This document shows, piece by piece, positions 1-8,093 of a stretch of 48,065 nt of DNA (its first letter is position 1; every line of letters begins with the position of its first letter). Location: assembly GCA_039190745.1 (NCBI GenBank), contig JBCCXZ010000026.1, forward strand, positions 1 through 48,065, read 5' to 3'. Both the position numbers and the translations under genes were made by a program. This DNA comes from Planctomycetota bacterium. Lineage in GTDB: Bacteria > Planctomycetota > Planctomycetia > Pirellulales > Lacipirellulaceae. The notes below the pieces were generated by a model that was not told the DNA's origin, made no database searches, and worked only from the letters and a program-made list of their open reading frames with translations.

Positions 1-56
1 CCCTGGGCTACGTTGTTTAGCTCCTTCAGAGCAAACCTCCTAATCAAGCCCCGCTC

Positions 57-85
57 TGTAACATCCACCCCTCCCGTGCAACAAA
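57..85 (+). promoter_or_regulatory. Putative ECF-type autoregulatory promoter (TGTAAC-N16-CAAC)
   Basis: TGTAAC at 57-62, 16-nt spacer, CAACAAA at 79-85, just upstream of the GTG start (92) of an ECF sigma gene; AAC-containing -35 elements are typical of ECF promoters. Confidence 0.35.
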
Positions 86-91
86 TAGGGT

Positions 92-583
92 GTGGACGCC
101 AAGAACCAAGCATCGGCCTACGACGAACTCGTCGAACGCAACCGCGGGCGGCTCACCGCCATCGCGCGAGCCTACGCCCCGGGCGACGTGGACGACCTGC
201 TGCAGGAGATCCTCCTGCAACTCTGGAGGAGTCTCAGCTCGTTCAAAGGCGAAGCAGGCATCGACACCTGGGCCTACCGCGTCGCGCTCAACACGGCCCT
301 CGGCTGGCGCCGCTCGGCAAGCACCCGCCGCGACCGCCTGCCGCAGAGTGAGCGCTGCCCCCAATCCATCAGCGGGGGCGACGACGGACAAGACCACGTC
401 GCTCTCCTCGAAAAGTTTATCGCCACGCTCTCGGCTCCCGACCGGGCGCTGCTGCTGATGATCCTCGAAGACATGCCGGGTAAGGAAATGGCCTCCGTGT
501 TCGGCGTCCGCGAGGGTGCGGTCCGGGTGCGGGTCCACCGGCTCAAGGCACGACTCCAACAATGGGCGGAGCAACTCCCATGA
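92..583 (+). CDS. ECF-type RNA polymerase sigma-70 factor
   Basis: Region 2 motif DDLLQEILLQLWRSL..F.G....TWAYRVALN; region 4 LSAPDRALLLM...EMASVFGVREGAVRVRVHRLK; 163 aa. Confidence 0.93.
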   Translation: MDAKNQASAYDELVERNRGRLTAIARAYAPGDVDDLLQEILLQLWRSLSSFKGEAGIDTWAYRVALNTALGWRRSASTRRDRLPQSERCPQSISGGDDGQDHVALLEKFIATLSAPDRALLLMILEDMPGKEMASVFGVREGAVRVRVHRLKARLQQWAEQLP

Positions 584-1203
584 AACTCGAAGACCTGAAA
601 GAACTGTGGCGCTACCGCTGCCGCGAAGACGACGCGGAACGCTTCCGCCGCCTCGCCGCCGAGGTGGTCGCCCGGACCGACCGATTCGAATCGGCCATCC
701 TCCGCCGCGACCGCATCGAGTGGGCCGCTGGCGTCTTGGTTCTGGCCCTCTTCGGCGGGGCGTTGCTGGGGGCGCCCGGCAACGCGGCGGTCCGCCTCGG
801 CCACGTCATCATCATGCTGGGCACGGTACTCATCCTTGCCGTAATGGAGTGGGGCCGCCGCGTCGACCTTAAGCCCGAGCCCGGGGCGCCGCTCGCCGAG
901 TTCGCCGCCGCGGAGCTTCGGCGCATTGACCGGCAGATCGCGCTGCTCCGCAACGCCATTTGGTGGTACGCCGCCCCGATCCTGTCGGGGGCCATGGTCT
1001 TCCTCTACGGCATCCTCTCCCTCGTGCCGGAGCTCCCAAGGGCGACGTTCTACACGTTCCTCGCCGGATTCTTCGCCTGCATCCTGCTGGCCGGGCTGAT
1101 CATCGTCCGCGGCAACTCACGCGCCGCTGACCGCGACCTTGTCCCGTTGCGTGAAGAGCTAACGGCGCTCATCGCGGCACTGGAAGACAAGCCCGGAGAT
1201 TGA
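580..1203 (+). CDS. Multi-pass membrane protein, probable anti-sigma partner
   Basis: ATGA overlap with the sigma stop codon; N-terminus MKLEDLKELW followed by about 4 hydrophobic segments, a layout typical of ECF-coupled partners. Confidence 0.75.
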   Translation: MKLEDLKELWRYRCREDDAERFRRLAAEVVARTDRFESAILRRDRIEWAAGVLVLALFGGALLGAPGNAAVRLGHVIIMLGTVLILAVMEWGRRVDLKPEPGAPLAEFAAAELRRIDRQIALLRNAIWWYAAPILSGAMVFLYGILSLVPELPRATFYTFLAGFFACILLAGLIIVRGNSRAADRDLVPLREELTALIAALEDKPGD

Positions 1204-1251
1204 ATCGATGAGACGCCCCATCGCCGCCACGCCTATTCGACCGCCGGGTGC

Positions 1252-1376
1252 CATGCCCACGCTCGCGTGGGCATGCTTGAACTACGTTGTTGGCTCCAAA
1301 ACCCATTCTTTGCCCCAACGGGGCTCAACAACATAGCCCAGGGTAAGCCTGTCGCAAGCAGGCGCCACCCTGGGTT
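1252..1376. repeat. REP-like palindromic cluster
   Basis: Perfect 10-bp stem CATGCCCACG-CTCG-CGTGGGCATG (1252-1275); GCCCC-AAC-GGGGC (1312-1324); AGCCCAGGGT...ACCCTGGGTT (1335-1376) enclosing GCCTG/CAGGC. Confidence 0.6.
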
Positions 1377-1459
1377 GCTGGCCGGAACCCAACACGTCCG
1401 AGCGGGCCGCGTCGCCGCCATCGGCACGTCGCCGAGGACGCCTTAACCCGCTCCCGGGC

Positions 1460-1684
1460 TCATCGCGCAACGATGAGCCAAAGCAGCAGCACGGCGAAGC
1501 CGACCGCCGTCAGTCGCCAGAGAAAGGTTTCCATGGGAGTCGGTGCAGCCTTCTCGCTGTCCCGTCCAGCGATGGATCGGACGGCCCAGAGTCTCGTGGC
1601 GAGGCCGCCGGCAATCATGTATAGCGCCAGCAGCACCAAGTGCGGCAGGACGTTTACTCCCCAAGCTAGCGCACCTTGCAGCAT
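1460..1684 (-). CDS. Possible small two-TM membrane protein
   Basis: 74-aa ORF with two hydrophobic stretches (VLPHLVLLALYMIAGGLA; LTAVGFAVLLLWLIVA); no recognisable family. Confidence 0.35.
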   Translation of the reverse strand: MLQGALAWGVNVLPHLVLLALYMIAGGLATRLWAVRSIAGRDSEKAAPTPMETFLWRLTAVGFAVLLLWLIVAR

Positions 1685-2290
1685 GGTCCGCCTCGTATTC
1701 CATAATCGGGATCAGCCTGCTCCAGGCGGGCGCCCCATCGGGTTGTTGTAGACCCATCACCGCGTCCGAGTGAGTGGCCTTGAGGCCATTGCAGCTCTAC
1801 CAAGGGCGCCGACTTCCCGCGGATGGTGACGTCTTCGGTCAACCGCTGGGCGCAACCGCGGTCTGTCTCAAACGGCGAAACGCAGTCGCAAGCCTTAAGG
1901 CTCGCACTGTTGTATGCACGATCGCTAGGCTCCATGTCTTCCGTAGGGTCATCGAGTCATGGGGGTTCCACCCGCTCAGCGGCCAGTCACCAGTTGCGCT
2001 CACATGCTTGAGAGCTTTGTCAGGCGCTCCTAAAGCAGGAGCCTGAAAGCGACAGGATTCGTGCTGGTTTTTAACTGCCTCAGCATTGCTTGCGCGAATG
2101 CCTTGGCTATTCTGAAGGAATTGTGAATGACCCATGCGGATAGCTGAACCGAACGAGAGCCAGTCATAGCGCAGTCGTCATTGGAGTGCCCGTTGCCACT
2201 CCTCCTGCGATCAAAAGACCCTTCGGTTCGTGTCCCTCTTTGGTAGACGCGCGATCGCTGTCTCGAACACCATTTGCTGAATCGGATGCC

Positions 2291-3481
2291 ATGATTGCTT
2301 CTCTGGGAACAACACTCGTAGCGGTCGCGCTGTTCCTCGAAACCGCGCCTGCGTTGGCTGGTGCTGACGAATCGATGTACACCGGCGGCGGGATTCCAAG
2401 GCGGTTAGCGACTGTTCGTGATAGGAAATCGGGGAAACCCGTGATTCGTGTCAAAACCACAGTTGCACGCTCCCCAACGATCTTCAAGATCTTATCTCTC
2501 GAGACCGGGAAGCCGCTCACACTGAAAGCCGGTTCGGACTGTATTCTTGCGATCGACGGAAAGCCATTCCCCACCACACCCGAGTTTATTGCCGCAGTCA
2601 ATTCAAGAAAGGCATTTCAGATCGAGGTCCGCAGACGCAAAGGGGGTTCTCTCCCCAGTTCGACACACCAGAAAATGCTGGTGATTACACGCTTAGCGCT
2701 GGAAGGTGCAAACAACGGTCAGGACACGTCTTTCAAGGCCTTGTTGGATGCAAGGTACGATGCCGCGATGAAAGAGTTGATGAGACTCTGCATCTATCAA
2801 GACGAAGCTCTTCTACCAATCGCCAAGAAGTTTTCGAGTTGGCGTGAGTACGCTCTGCTGTCACAGGCGGAACAGAAGCAGTTCCGTATCGATATGGAGT
2901 ACGTCGAGACAAGGAAGAACGCAATAGAAGCCACTATGACGGAACTCCTGATCCATGAGATTGCATACGAAGTGAAGAACAACGCGAAGCTGAAAACCAA
3001 ACGGGAAAGAGAAGAGACCAGCGGCGTTAAGGATATGTACCTCAAGCACCTAACCAATCTTGAGTCCAGGATTCAAATGATAAGAGCTGTTGAGGACTTC
3101 GATAGAGAACGGAAGGAGCTTCTCCAGCAGATCGTCATTTTCAGGAGCAAGCTGGCAGAAGAGAGGAGGCGCCGCAATGAGCAGTTCGAGCGCGATTTTC
3201 AGGAGCTGATTTCCTTGGTCGTAGAGACACGGGAGCAGATGCAGGTCGCCTACGATGACTTGGCTACTCAGATTGCAATCCAGCAAGCGGAGGTAGACGC
3301 GTACAATGCTTGGGCAGACGAATACAACGCCGCTATCGACGAGCAGAACGCTATTGCGGAAGCCGAGTACTATGAACAGGCGGAATACGATGGCGGCTGG
3401 TCGCAATGGGACACCAGCCGGCTGATGTTCAATCAGAGCTATCACTACAATCCAGACCATGCGTCCGTCTACGGCAACTGA
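2291..3481 (+). CDS. Exported hypothetical protein: PDZ-like domain plus long coiled coil
   Basis: Signal-like N-terminus ending APALAG; PDZ-like pattern SPT...LKAGSDCILAIDGKP...EVRR; E/R/K/Q-rich helical C-terminal half; lower GC than the flanks. Start placed at ATG 2291. Confidence 0.65.
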   Translation: MIASLGTTLVAVALFLETAPALAGADESMYTGGGIPRRLATVRDRKSGKPVIRVKTTVARSPTIFKILSLETGKPLTLKAGSDCILAIDGKPFPTTPEFIAAVNSRKAFQIEVRRRKGGSLPSSTHQKMLVITRLALEGANNGQDTSFKALLDARYDAAMKELMRLCIYQDEALLPIAKKFSSWREYALLSQAEQKQFRIDMEYVETRKNAIEATMTELLIHEIAYEVKNNAKLKTKREREETSGVKDMYLKHLTNLESRIQMIRAVEDFDRERKELLQQIVIFRSKLAEERRRRNEQFERDFQELISLVVETREQMQVAYDDLATQIAIQQAEVDAYNAWADEYNAAIDEQNAIAEAEYYEQAEYDGGWSQWDTSRLMFNQSYHYNPDHASVYGN

Positions 3482-3594
3482 GTATCCCGGGCTCAGTTGG
3501 CCGTGCCGTAGCCATACCAAAGTCTTGCAGAGATAGTCGGCCCTTCTAGTCTGATTCCAGCGGTTCTGCTCCTAACCCGGCCAATGCTGCTCGA

Positions 3595-4122
3595 TCACAT
3601 TACTTCGTACTCCGACTGCATAAAGCCGTCCTCAAACGCCCGCGTCTCGACGTGCTTAAGGGGCAGGTCCCCCGGCAGCGGGCCGAACAGCGGGATGCCT
3701 TCGCCCAGCAGCACGGGGATGCGGGTGAGGATCAGCCGCCCAACGAGCCCCGCCGCGAGGAACGACTGGATCGTCCGGCCCCCGTCGATGTAGAGGTGCT
3801 TCGCGCCGCGCTCTTCGAGCGCCGCCGCAACCGCTCCCACCGGCCCGGGCATCGCCTCCACCTTCCCGCTCAGTTCGTCCGGCAAGTCCAGCGGCCGGCT
3901 GGTAAGCACGACTACTGGTTTCTCGTACGGCCAGGGGATACCGAACGACAACACCTTCTCATACGTGTTCCGCCCCATCACGAGGTAGTCGATCGTCTCC
4001 ATAAAGCGGTAGTACCCGTAGTCGTCCTGGTCGTCCTCTGGGTCGCCGAGCCAGTCGATGTCGCCGTCTTTCCGGGCGATGAACCCATCGAGGCTCGTCG
4101 CGATGAACACCGATGCTTCCAT
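3595..4122 (-). CDS. Dihydrofolate reductase family protein (RibD C-terminal-like)
   Basis: Motifs FIATSLDGFIA, VMGRNTYE, YIDGG, IPVLLGEGIPLF; GAGGA ribosome-binding site upstream of ATG 4122. Confidence 0.93.
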   Translation of the reverse strand: MEASVFIATSLDGFIARKDGDIDWLGDPEDDQDDYGYYRFMETIDYLVMGRNTYEKVLSFGIPWPYEKPVVVLTSRPLDLPDELSGKVEAMPGPVGAVAAALEERGAKHLYIDGGRTIQSFLAAGLVGRLILTRIPVLLGEGIPLFGPLPGDLPLKHVETRAFEDGFMQSEYEVM

Positions 4123-4197
4123 GAACACTTCCTCTCCGTTGATCCCCCGGCGAGCCGCCGCCCGCAACCGCCGACATCCACCATAACCGACGAGCAC

Positions 4198-4234
4198 AAA
4201 AAAACCGGCCGCCCCTGAATTCAGGAACGGCCGG
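4198..4234 (-). terminator. Intrinsic terminator of the PEP-CTERM gene
   Basis: Minus strand CCGGCCGTTCCTG-AATT-CAGGGGCGGCCGG followed by T7, starting about 30 nt after the stop at 4263. Confidence 0.8.
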
Positions 4235-4262
4235 GCGTCTTGATTTGCGTTGTCCGCGGTCG

Positions 4263-4910
4263 CTATTTCCGGCGACGCAGCGCCGCCAGGGCGCCGATCG
4301 AAAGCAAGGCCGCCGAGGTCGGCTCGGGGATCATAAACTCCTCGTTCTGCACCGCGATCACGAGCCAGTCGTTGAAGTTGCCGCTGCCTTCCAGCCAGCC
4401 GCGGCCGACGATCGACGTGCTGTCGTTATCCAAGCGGTAACCGTCCATCCGGAACTCGAACGCCTCGCCGTCGCCGTCGAGTGCGCCCGTCAGCGTGTAC
4501 GCCGAAGGCGTGGGCGCCGGGCCGACATCCGCGTAGGTCAGCGTGCCCGTGCCGCCGGTGGCGATGAAGCCGTCGGACACGGCGGTGACACCTGTGAGCG
4601 TGTAGTCGACGTCCCAGATCTCGCCGGTTTCGTTGTTGATCGTCGAGCCGGTGATAGTCGCGGTCGTGCTGAAGAGGGGCCAAGTCAGAAGGACCGGGCC
4701 GGCGCCTTCGACGTCGAAGGTCGGGCCGTCGCCCACAGGAGGAGTCCCTGCGTCGAGGCGGATGCCATAGGGCTCGGTGGGCGTCGCGATCGCCCCGTCC
4801 GGATGGTTGAAGAGTTCGTAAATGCCCGGCGTCAGTGCGCCGGCTTGGGCGTGCGAAGCGGCACTAGCCACGAAGAGGGCCAGTGCGGCAAGCCATGGTG
4901 TCCGATTCAT
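4263..4910 (-). CDS. PEP-CTERM sorting domain protein
   Basis: Signal peptide (..ASHAQA); C-terminal IPEPTSAALLSIGALAALRRRK (PEP motif, TM helix, basic tail); T/G/D-rich beta-type body. Confidence 0.93.
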   Translation of the reverse strand: MNRTPWLAALALFVASAASHAQAGALTPGIYELFNHPDGAIATPTEPYGIRLDAGTPPVGDGPTFDVEGAGPVLLTWPLFSTTATITGSTINNETGEIWDVDYTLTGVTAVSDGFIATGGTGTLTYADVGPAPTPSAYTLTGALDGDGEAFEFRMDGYRLDNDSTSIVGRGWLEGSGNFNDWLVIAVQNEEFMIPEPTSAALLSIGALAALRRRK

Positions 4911-5050
4911 TAGTCCGCTCCACTTAAGACAGAAAAAATGAGCTATTCAATTCGAATGGTCAAAATAGGTCTTGCTTGGAGAGGATCTCAGGCCAGGCAA
5001 GTTAGCTATTTATGAAGATTCCGTTCAGACTAGAGGCATATGCGGCAATC

Positions 5051-5067
5051 TGCAAGCTTTTTGCCAG
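5051..5067 (-). promoter_or_regulatory. Putative sigma-54 (-24/-12) promoter
   Basis: Minus strand CTGGCAAAAAGCTTGCA = TGGC-N7-TTGCA with exact GG-N10-GC spacing, about 140 nt upstream of the PEP-CTERM start. Confidence 0.65.
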
Positions 5068-5152
5068 AGTTTGTGGGTTAACTCCTGAGGAGATTCTAAA
5101 TCTCGCCAGTCTACTCAGAATGCCCAGAATGCAACCAAGTGGGCAGTTTGGG

Positions 5153-6205
5153 CTACTGCCGAAAACCCAAGAGCGGGAAGCAGAGCCAGGGAATGCTCAG
5201 CGAAATGAGCCCGATCGCCCACCGCAGCGGCCCGAGCTCAACCTTGTCGTCCGCCGTGGGCGGGTGGTGGATCCCCATCAAAATCACCAGCACCAGCATC
5301 GGCGTCCACAGTACCGCGTCGTTCAGGTTGTACACCACGTAGGCGATTGCCAGCGTCACGAACCACCGCGCCAGCGTGTGGGCCCGCTTCAGAAACAGCG
5401 CGTAAATCGTGTGACCGCCGTCGAGCTGGCTGATCGGCAGCATGTTCAGCCCCGTGATCAGCATCCCCACCCAACCCGCCATGAAGTACGGCCCCAGCTG
5501 GCTCCGCGACACCCACACCTGCTCGGCCCACTCTGGGTGCGCCCGCCCCAACATCCACTGGCCGATCACCGGCAGGTAGAGCTGAAACTCCCCCGACGCG
5601 GCGGGCGTGCTCAGATCCAGCCGGGTGATGCCCACCCAGAACACCGGCACCGCCACCACGAGCCCGGCCAGCGGGCCCGCGATGCCGATGTCGAAAATCT
5701 GCTTTCGGTCGGCCTTCATCCCCTCCATACCGATCACGGCCCCCATCGTGCCGATCGCGTTGAACGGCACTGGGATGCAAAGCGGGTAGCTCGCCGGAAT
5801 CCGGTGCCGCACCGTCTGCAGGAAGTGGCCCATCTCGTGGGTGAGCAAAATCGCCAGCACGGCGCCCATATAGGTCAGGCCCAGCGACCAATTGATCTTC
5901 ACTACCCGCCACATCATCGCCAGTGAGCTGGTGTACTCCGGGGCGACCGGGTCCCAGAACGTCGCCCCCACCCAGAACGTCGACGCGCACGTCGCCAGGA
6001 ACAACACCACCGGCAGCCTCACGCTCCGTTTGGGCGCTGACCGCAGGTCCGAGGCACGCAGCTCCCGGTAAGGCGTCGGCTGCGGGCCTGGTCGGGCCGT
6101 CGACCCGCCAGAGGAACCATCGGCCGCGGGCCGGGGCACAGAGGCCGCCGTTGTTGGCGGGGTCTCACCGGGCGGAGTGGTCGGGCTCGGGCCGGTGCTG
6201 CTCAT
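5153..6205 (-). CDS. Site-2 protease family (M50) intramembrane metalloprotease
   Basis: HEMGH zinc motif, IAGPLAG, NMLPISQLDGGH; multiple TM helices. Confidence 0.93.
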   Translation of the reverse strand: MSSTGPSPTTPPGETPPTTAASVPRPAADGSSGGSTARPGPQPTPYRELRASDLRSAPKRSVRLPVVLFLATCASTFWVGATFWDPVAPEYTSSLAMMWRVVKINWSLGLTYMGAVLAILLTHEMGHFLQTVRHRIPASYPLCIPVPFNAIGTMGAVIGMEGMKADRKQIFDIGIAGPLAGLVVAVPVFWVGITRLDLSTPAASGEFQLYLPVIGQWMLGRAHPEWAEQVWVSRSQLGPYFMAGWVGMLITGLNMLPISQLDGGHTIYALFLKRAHTLARWFVTLAIAYVVYNLNDAVLWTPMLVLVILMGIHHPPTADDKVELGPLRWAIGLISLSIPWLCFPLLGFRQ

Positions 6206-6300
6206 CGACGAATTCTACCAGAGTCCCCGCCGACTGTCGCCGTTACGCGGCACGCCCCGGACGCTGTGTGTGAAACCCGCCACCAAGCGTGGCTCGCCTG

Positions 6301-7857
6301 TCAAAACAACTCGATGCTCTTCACGCCGTCGCCCACCGCCGGGGCCGCTTCCAAGCACCGGCCGGCCGCGTCCAGCAGGTCGCCCGGCGGGAAGTTGCGT
6401 GAAGCGAGCGTCACCGTCGCCGCACCAACCCGCGTCTGGAACGGCACGCCCCCAACCGCCTCGATCCGCGACGCAGCAGCCCGCAGCTTCGACGCGATCT
6501 CCCCCGCAAGCTGCACCGCCTCTTTCCGGTCGCAGTCCGGCAAGACCACCACCGGCCGACCAGACTCAAGCTGGTTTGTCTCTGCGCCCTCGAGCGGCGT
6601 GCGTTTGCAAAGCTGGGCGAGCAGCTGGCTCAGCAGCAGGCCCGCCCGTTCGTCGCCCGAAAGCACCCGCGTCTCGCAGACCAATACGCTCAACGGCTGC
6701 CGGAGCGAACGGCAGTGGCCAACAGCCAGTGTGAGTCGACTCGCGAGATCAGTAAACGGCGACTCGAGCTGCACTGCCGAATCCAACACCGCCGCAGAGC
6801 CCCGTACCGAGTCGCCGCCCGACGCCAAGCTTGCCACTGCCCGGCGAAGCGAGGCAGCGTCTACGCCCAACACAACCGGCCTATCGCCGTTCATCCGGGC
6901 GGCCATCGCCTCGGCCCCCTCAGACATCTGACGGTGCGCCGCCGACACGATCTCGTGAAAATCCTCTGCCTCGCAGCCCACCGAAAACGCTTCCGCCAAC
7001 TGGTCGACCTTCTCTTGCAGTTCCTCAAGGCAGCCCCTCAAGGGCTTCTCTTCCAGCGAGAAGTAGCTGCCGGCCGCTTCGATCAGCTCGGGCAGCAGCC
7101 CCAGCCGGTGCTGCGCCACCAACTGGGCGATCAAGTCCGCGGCGTGCAAAACCCGCGCGGTTGTTCCCCCCGCTGTGCTCCGGCGCCGCAGGGCATCTAC
7201 CGAACGCGGGGCCCCAATCGCGTCGGTGATCGAACGCGGCAGCCCCCAGCCCGAAAGCAGCGCCGCGCTGAGCTGGCGGTGGTCGAAGCCCAACGCTTCC
7301 CGTTCCGCGTCGGCCAGCGCGATCGGCCCTTCGATTGCCGCGTCGAGCACGCGGCCGTAGTCGTTCCCCAACTGGTCGATCAGCACCAGCACGCCCATGT
7401 CCTGCAGCAGCGCCGCCAGAAACGCCTCGTCGCCGCACCCGGTTCCGGCGGTCGCGTCGATCAACCGAGCCGCCGCGCACCGCGCGAGCGTCGTCTGCCA
7501 GTACCACTCCAGCCGGCGCTCCCCCGCCGCGGCAAAAATTTGCTCCGGCAGGCTGAACCCCAGCACCAGTTGCTTCAGCGGGTTCACCCCCAGCAACGCG
7601 AGCGCTTGGTTTAGGTCCCCCACCTCCCCGCGGAGGCTAAACGCCGGGCTGTTCACCACCCGCAGTAGCTTCGCGGTCAGCCCCGCGTCCCGCTCGATGC
7701 ACGTCTTCAGCGCCGCGACGTCCACGCGCGGGTGGTCGGTCAGCCGCACGACCTCGGCGGCCACCGCCGGCACGGTGTACACCTGCCGGCACCGCCGCAC
7801 GACCTCCTGCAGCAAACCGTCGTCGGCCCCTGCTTTGGCCTCGGGGGTGGATTCCAT
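6301..7857 (-). CDS. HDOD domain protein with degenerate GGDEF-like C-terminal domain
   Basis: D.GLTAKLLRVVNSPAF...L..ALALLG; AFLAALLQDMG; E...LGFDH..L...L...WGLP; C-terminal PLSVL...VVVLPDC...EA...A...RVGAA...L..AA..CL..A with no GGDEF signature. Confidence 0.85.
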   Translation of the reverse strand: MESTPEAKAGADDGLLQEVVRRCRQVYTVPAVAAEVVRLTDHPRVDVAALKTCIERDAGLTAKLLRVVNSPAFSLRGEVGDLNQALALLGVNPLKQLVLGFSLPEQIFAAAGERRLEWYWQTTLARCAAARLIDATAGTGCGDEAFLAALLQDMGVLVLIDQLGNDYGRVLDAAIEGPIALADAEREALGFDHRQLSAALLSGWGLPRSITDAIGAPRSVDALRRRSTAGGTTARVLHAADLIAQLVAQHRLGLLPELIEAAGSYFSLEEKPLRGCLEELQEKVDQLAEAFSVGCEAEDFHEIVSAAHRQMSEGAEAMAARMNGDRPVVLGVDAASLRRAVASLASGGDSVRGSAAVLDSAVQLESPFTDLASRLTLAVGHCRSLRQPLSVLVCETRVLSGDERAGLLLSQLLAQLCKRTPLEGAETNQLESGRPVVVLPDCDRKEAVQLAGEIASKLRAAASRIEAVGGVPFQTRVGAATVTLASRNFPPGDLLDAAGRCLEAAPAVGDGVKSIELF

Positions 7858-8093
7858 CGTTAGCGTTGGCAATTCGGTCTGCTCCTTCGTGCGTCCAGCG
7901 CAAGCGGCCAAGCGGCTGCTCCCTCGTCTAGGTAGCAAACACTAGCTTATTGCGGCCTCCCAGCGTCTCGGGACGCTAGCACAACCCGCACCACCGCACC
8001 GACCGGGCCACCGACAGCCTTGGGGCGTCAAGCGGATTCGTCGTAGAATGGCGGGCGGCCTCGGAAGGCCCACTCCCACCGCAAGGACGCAAC

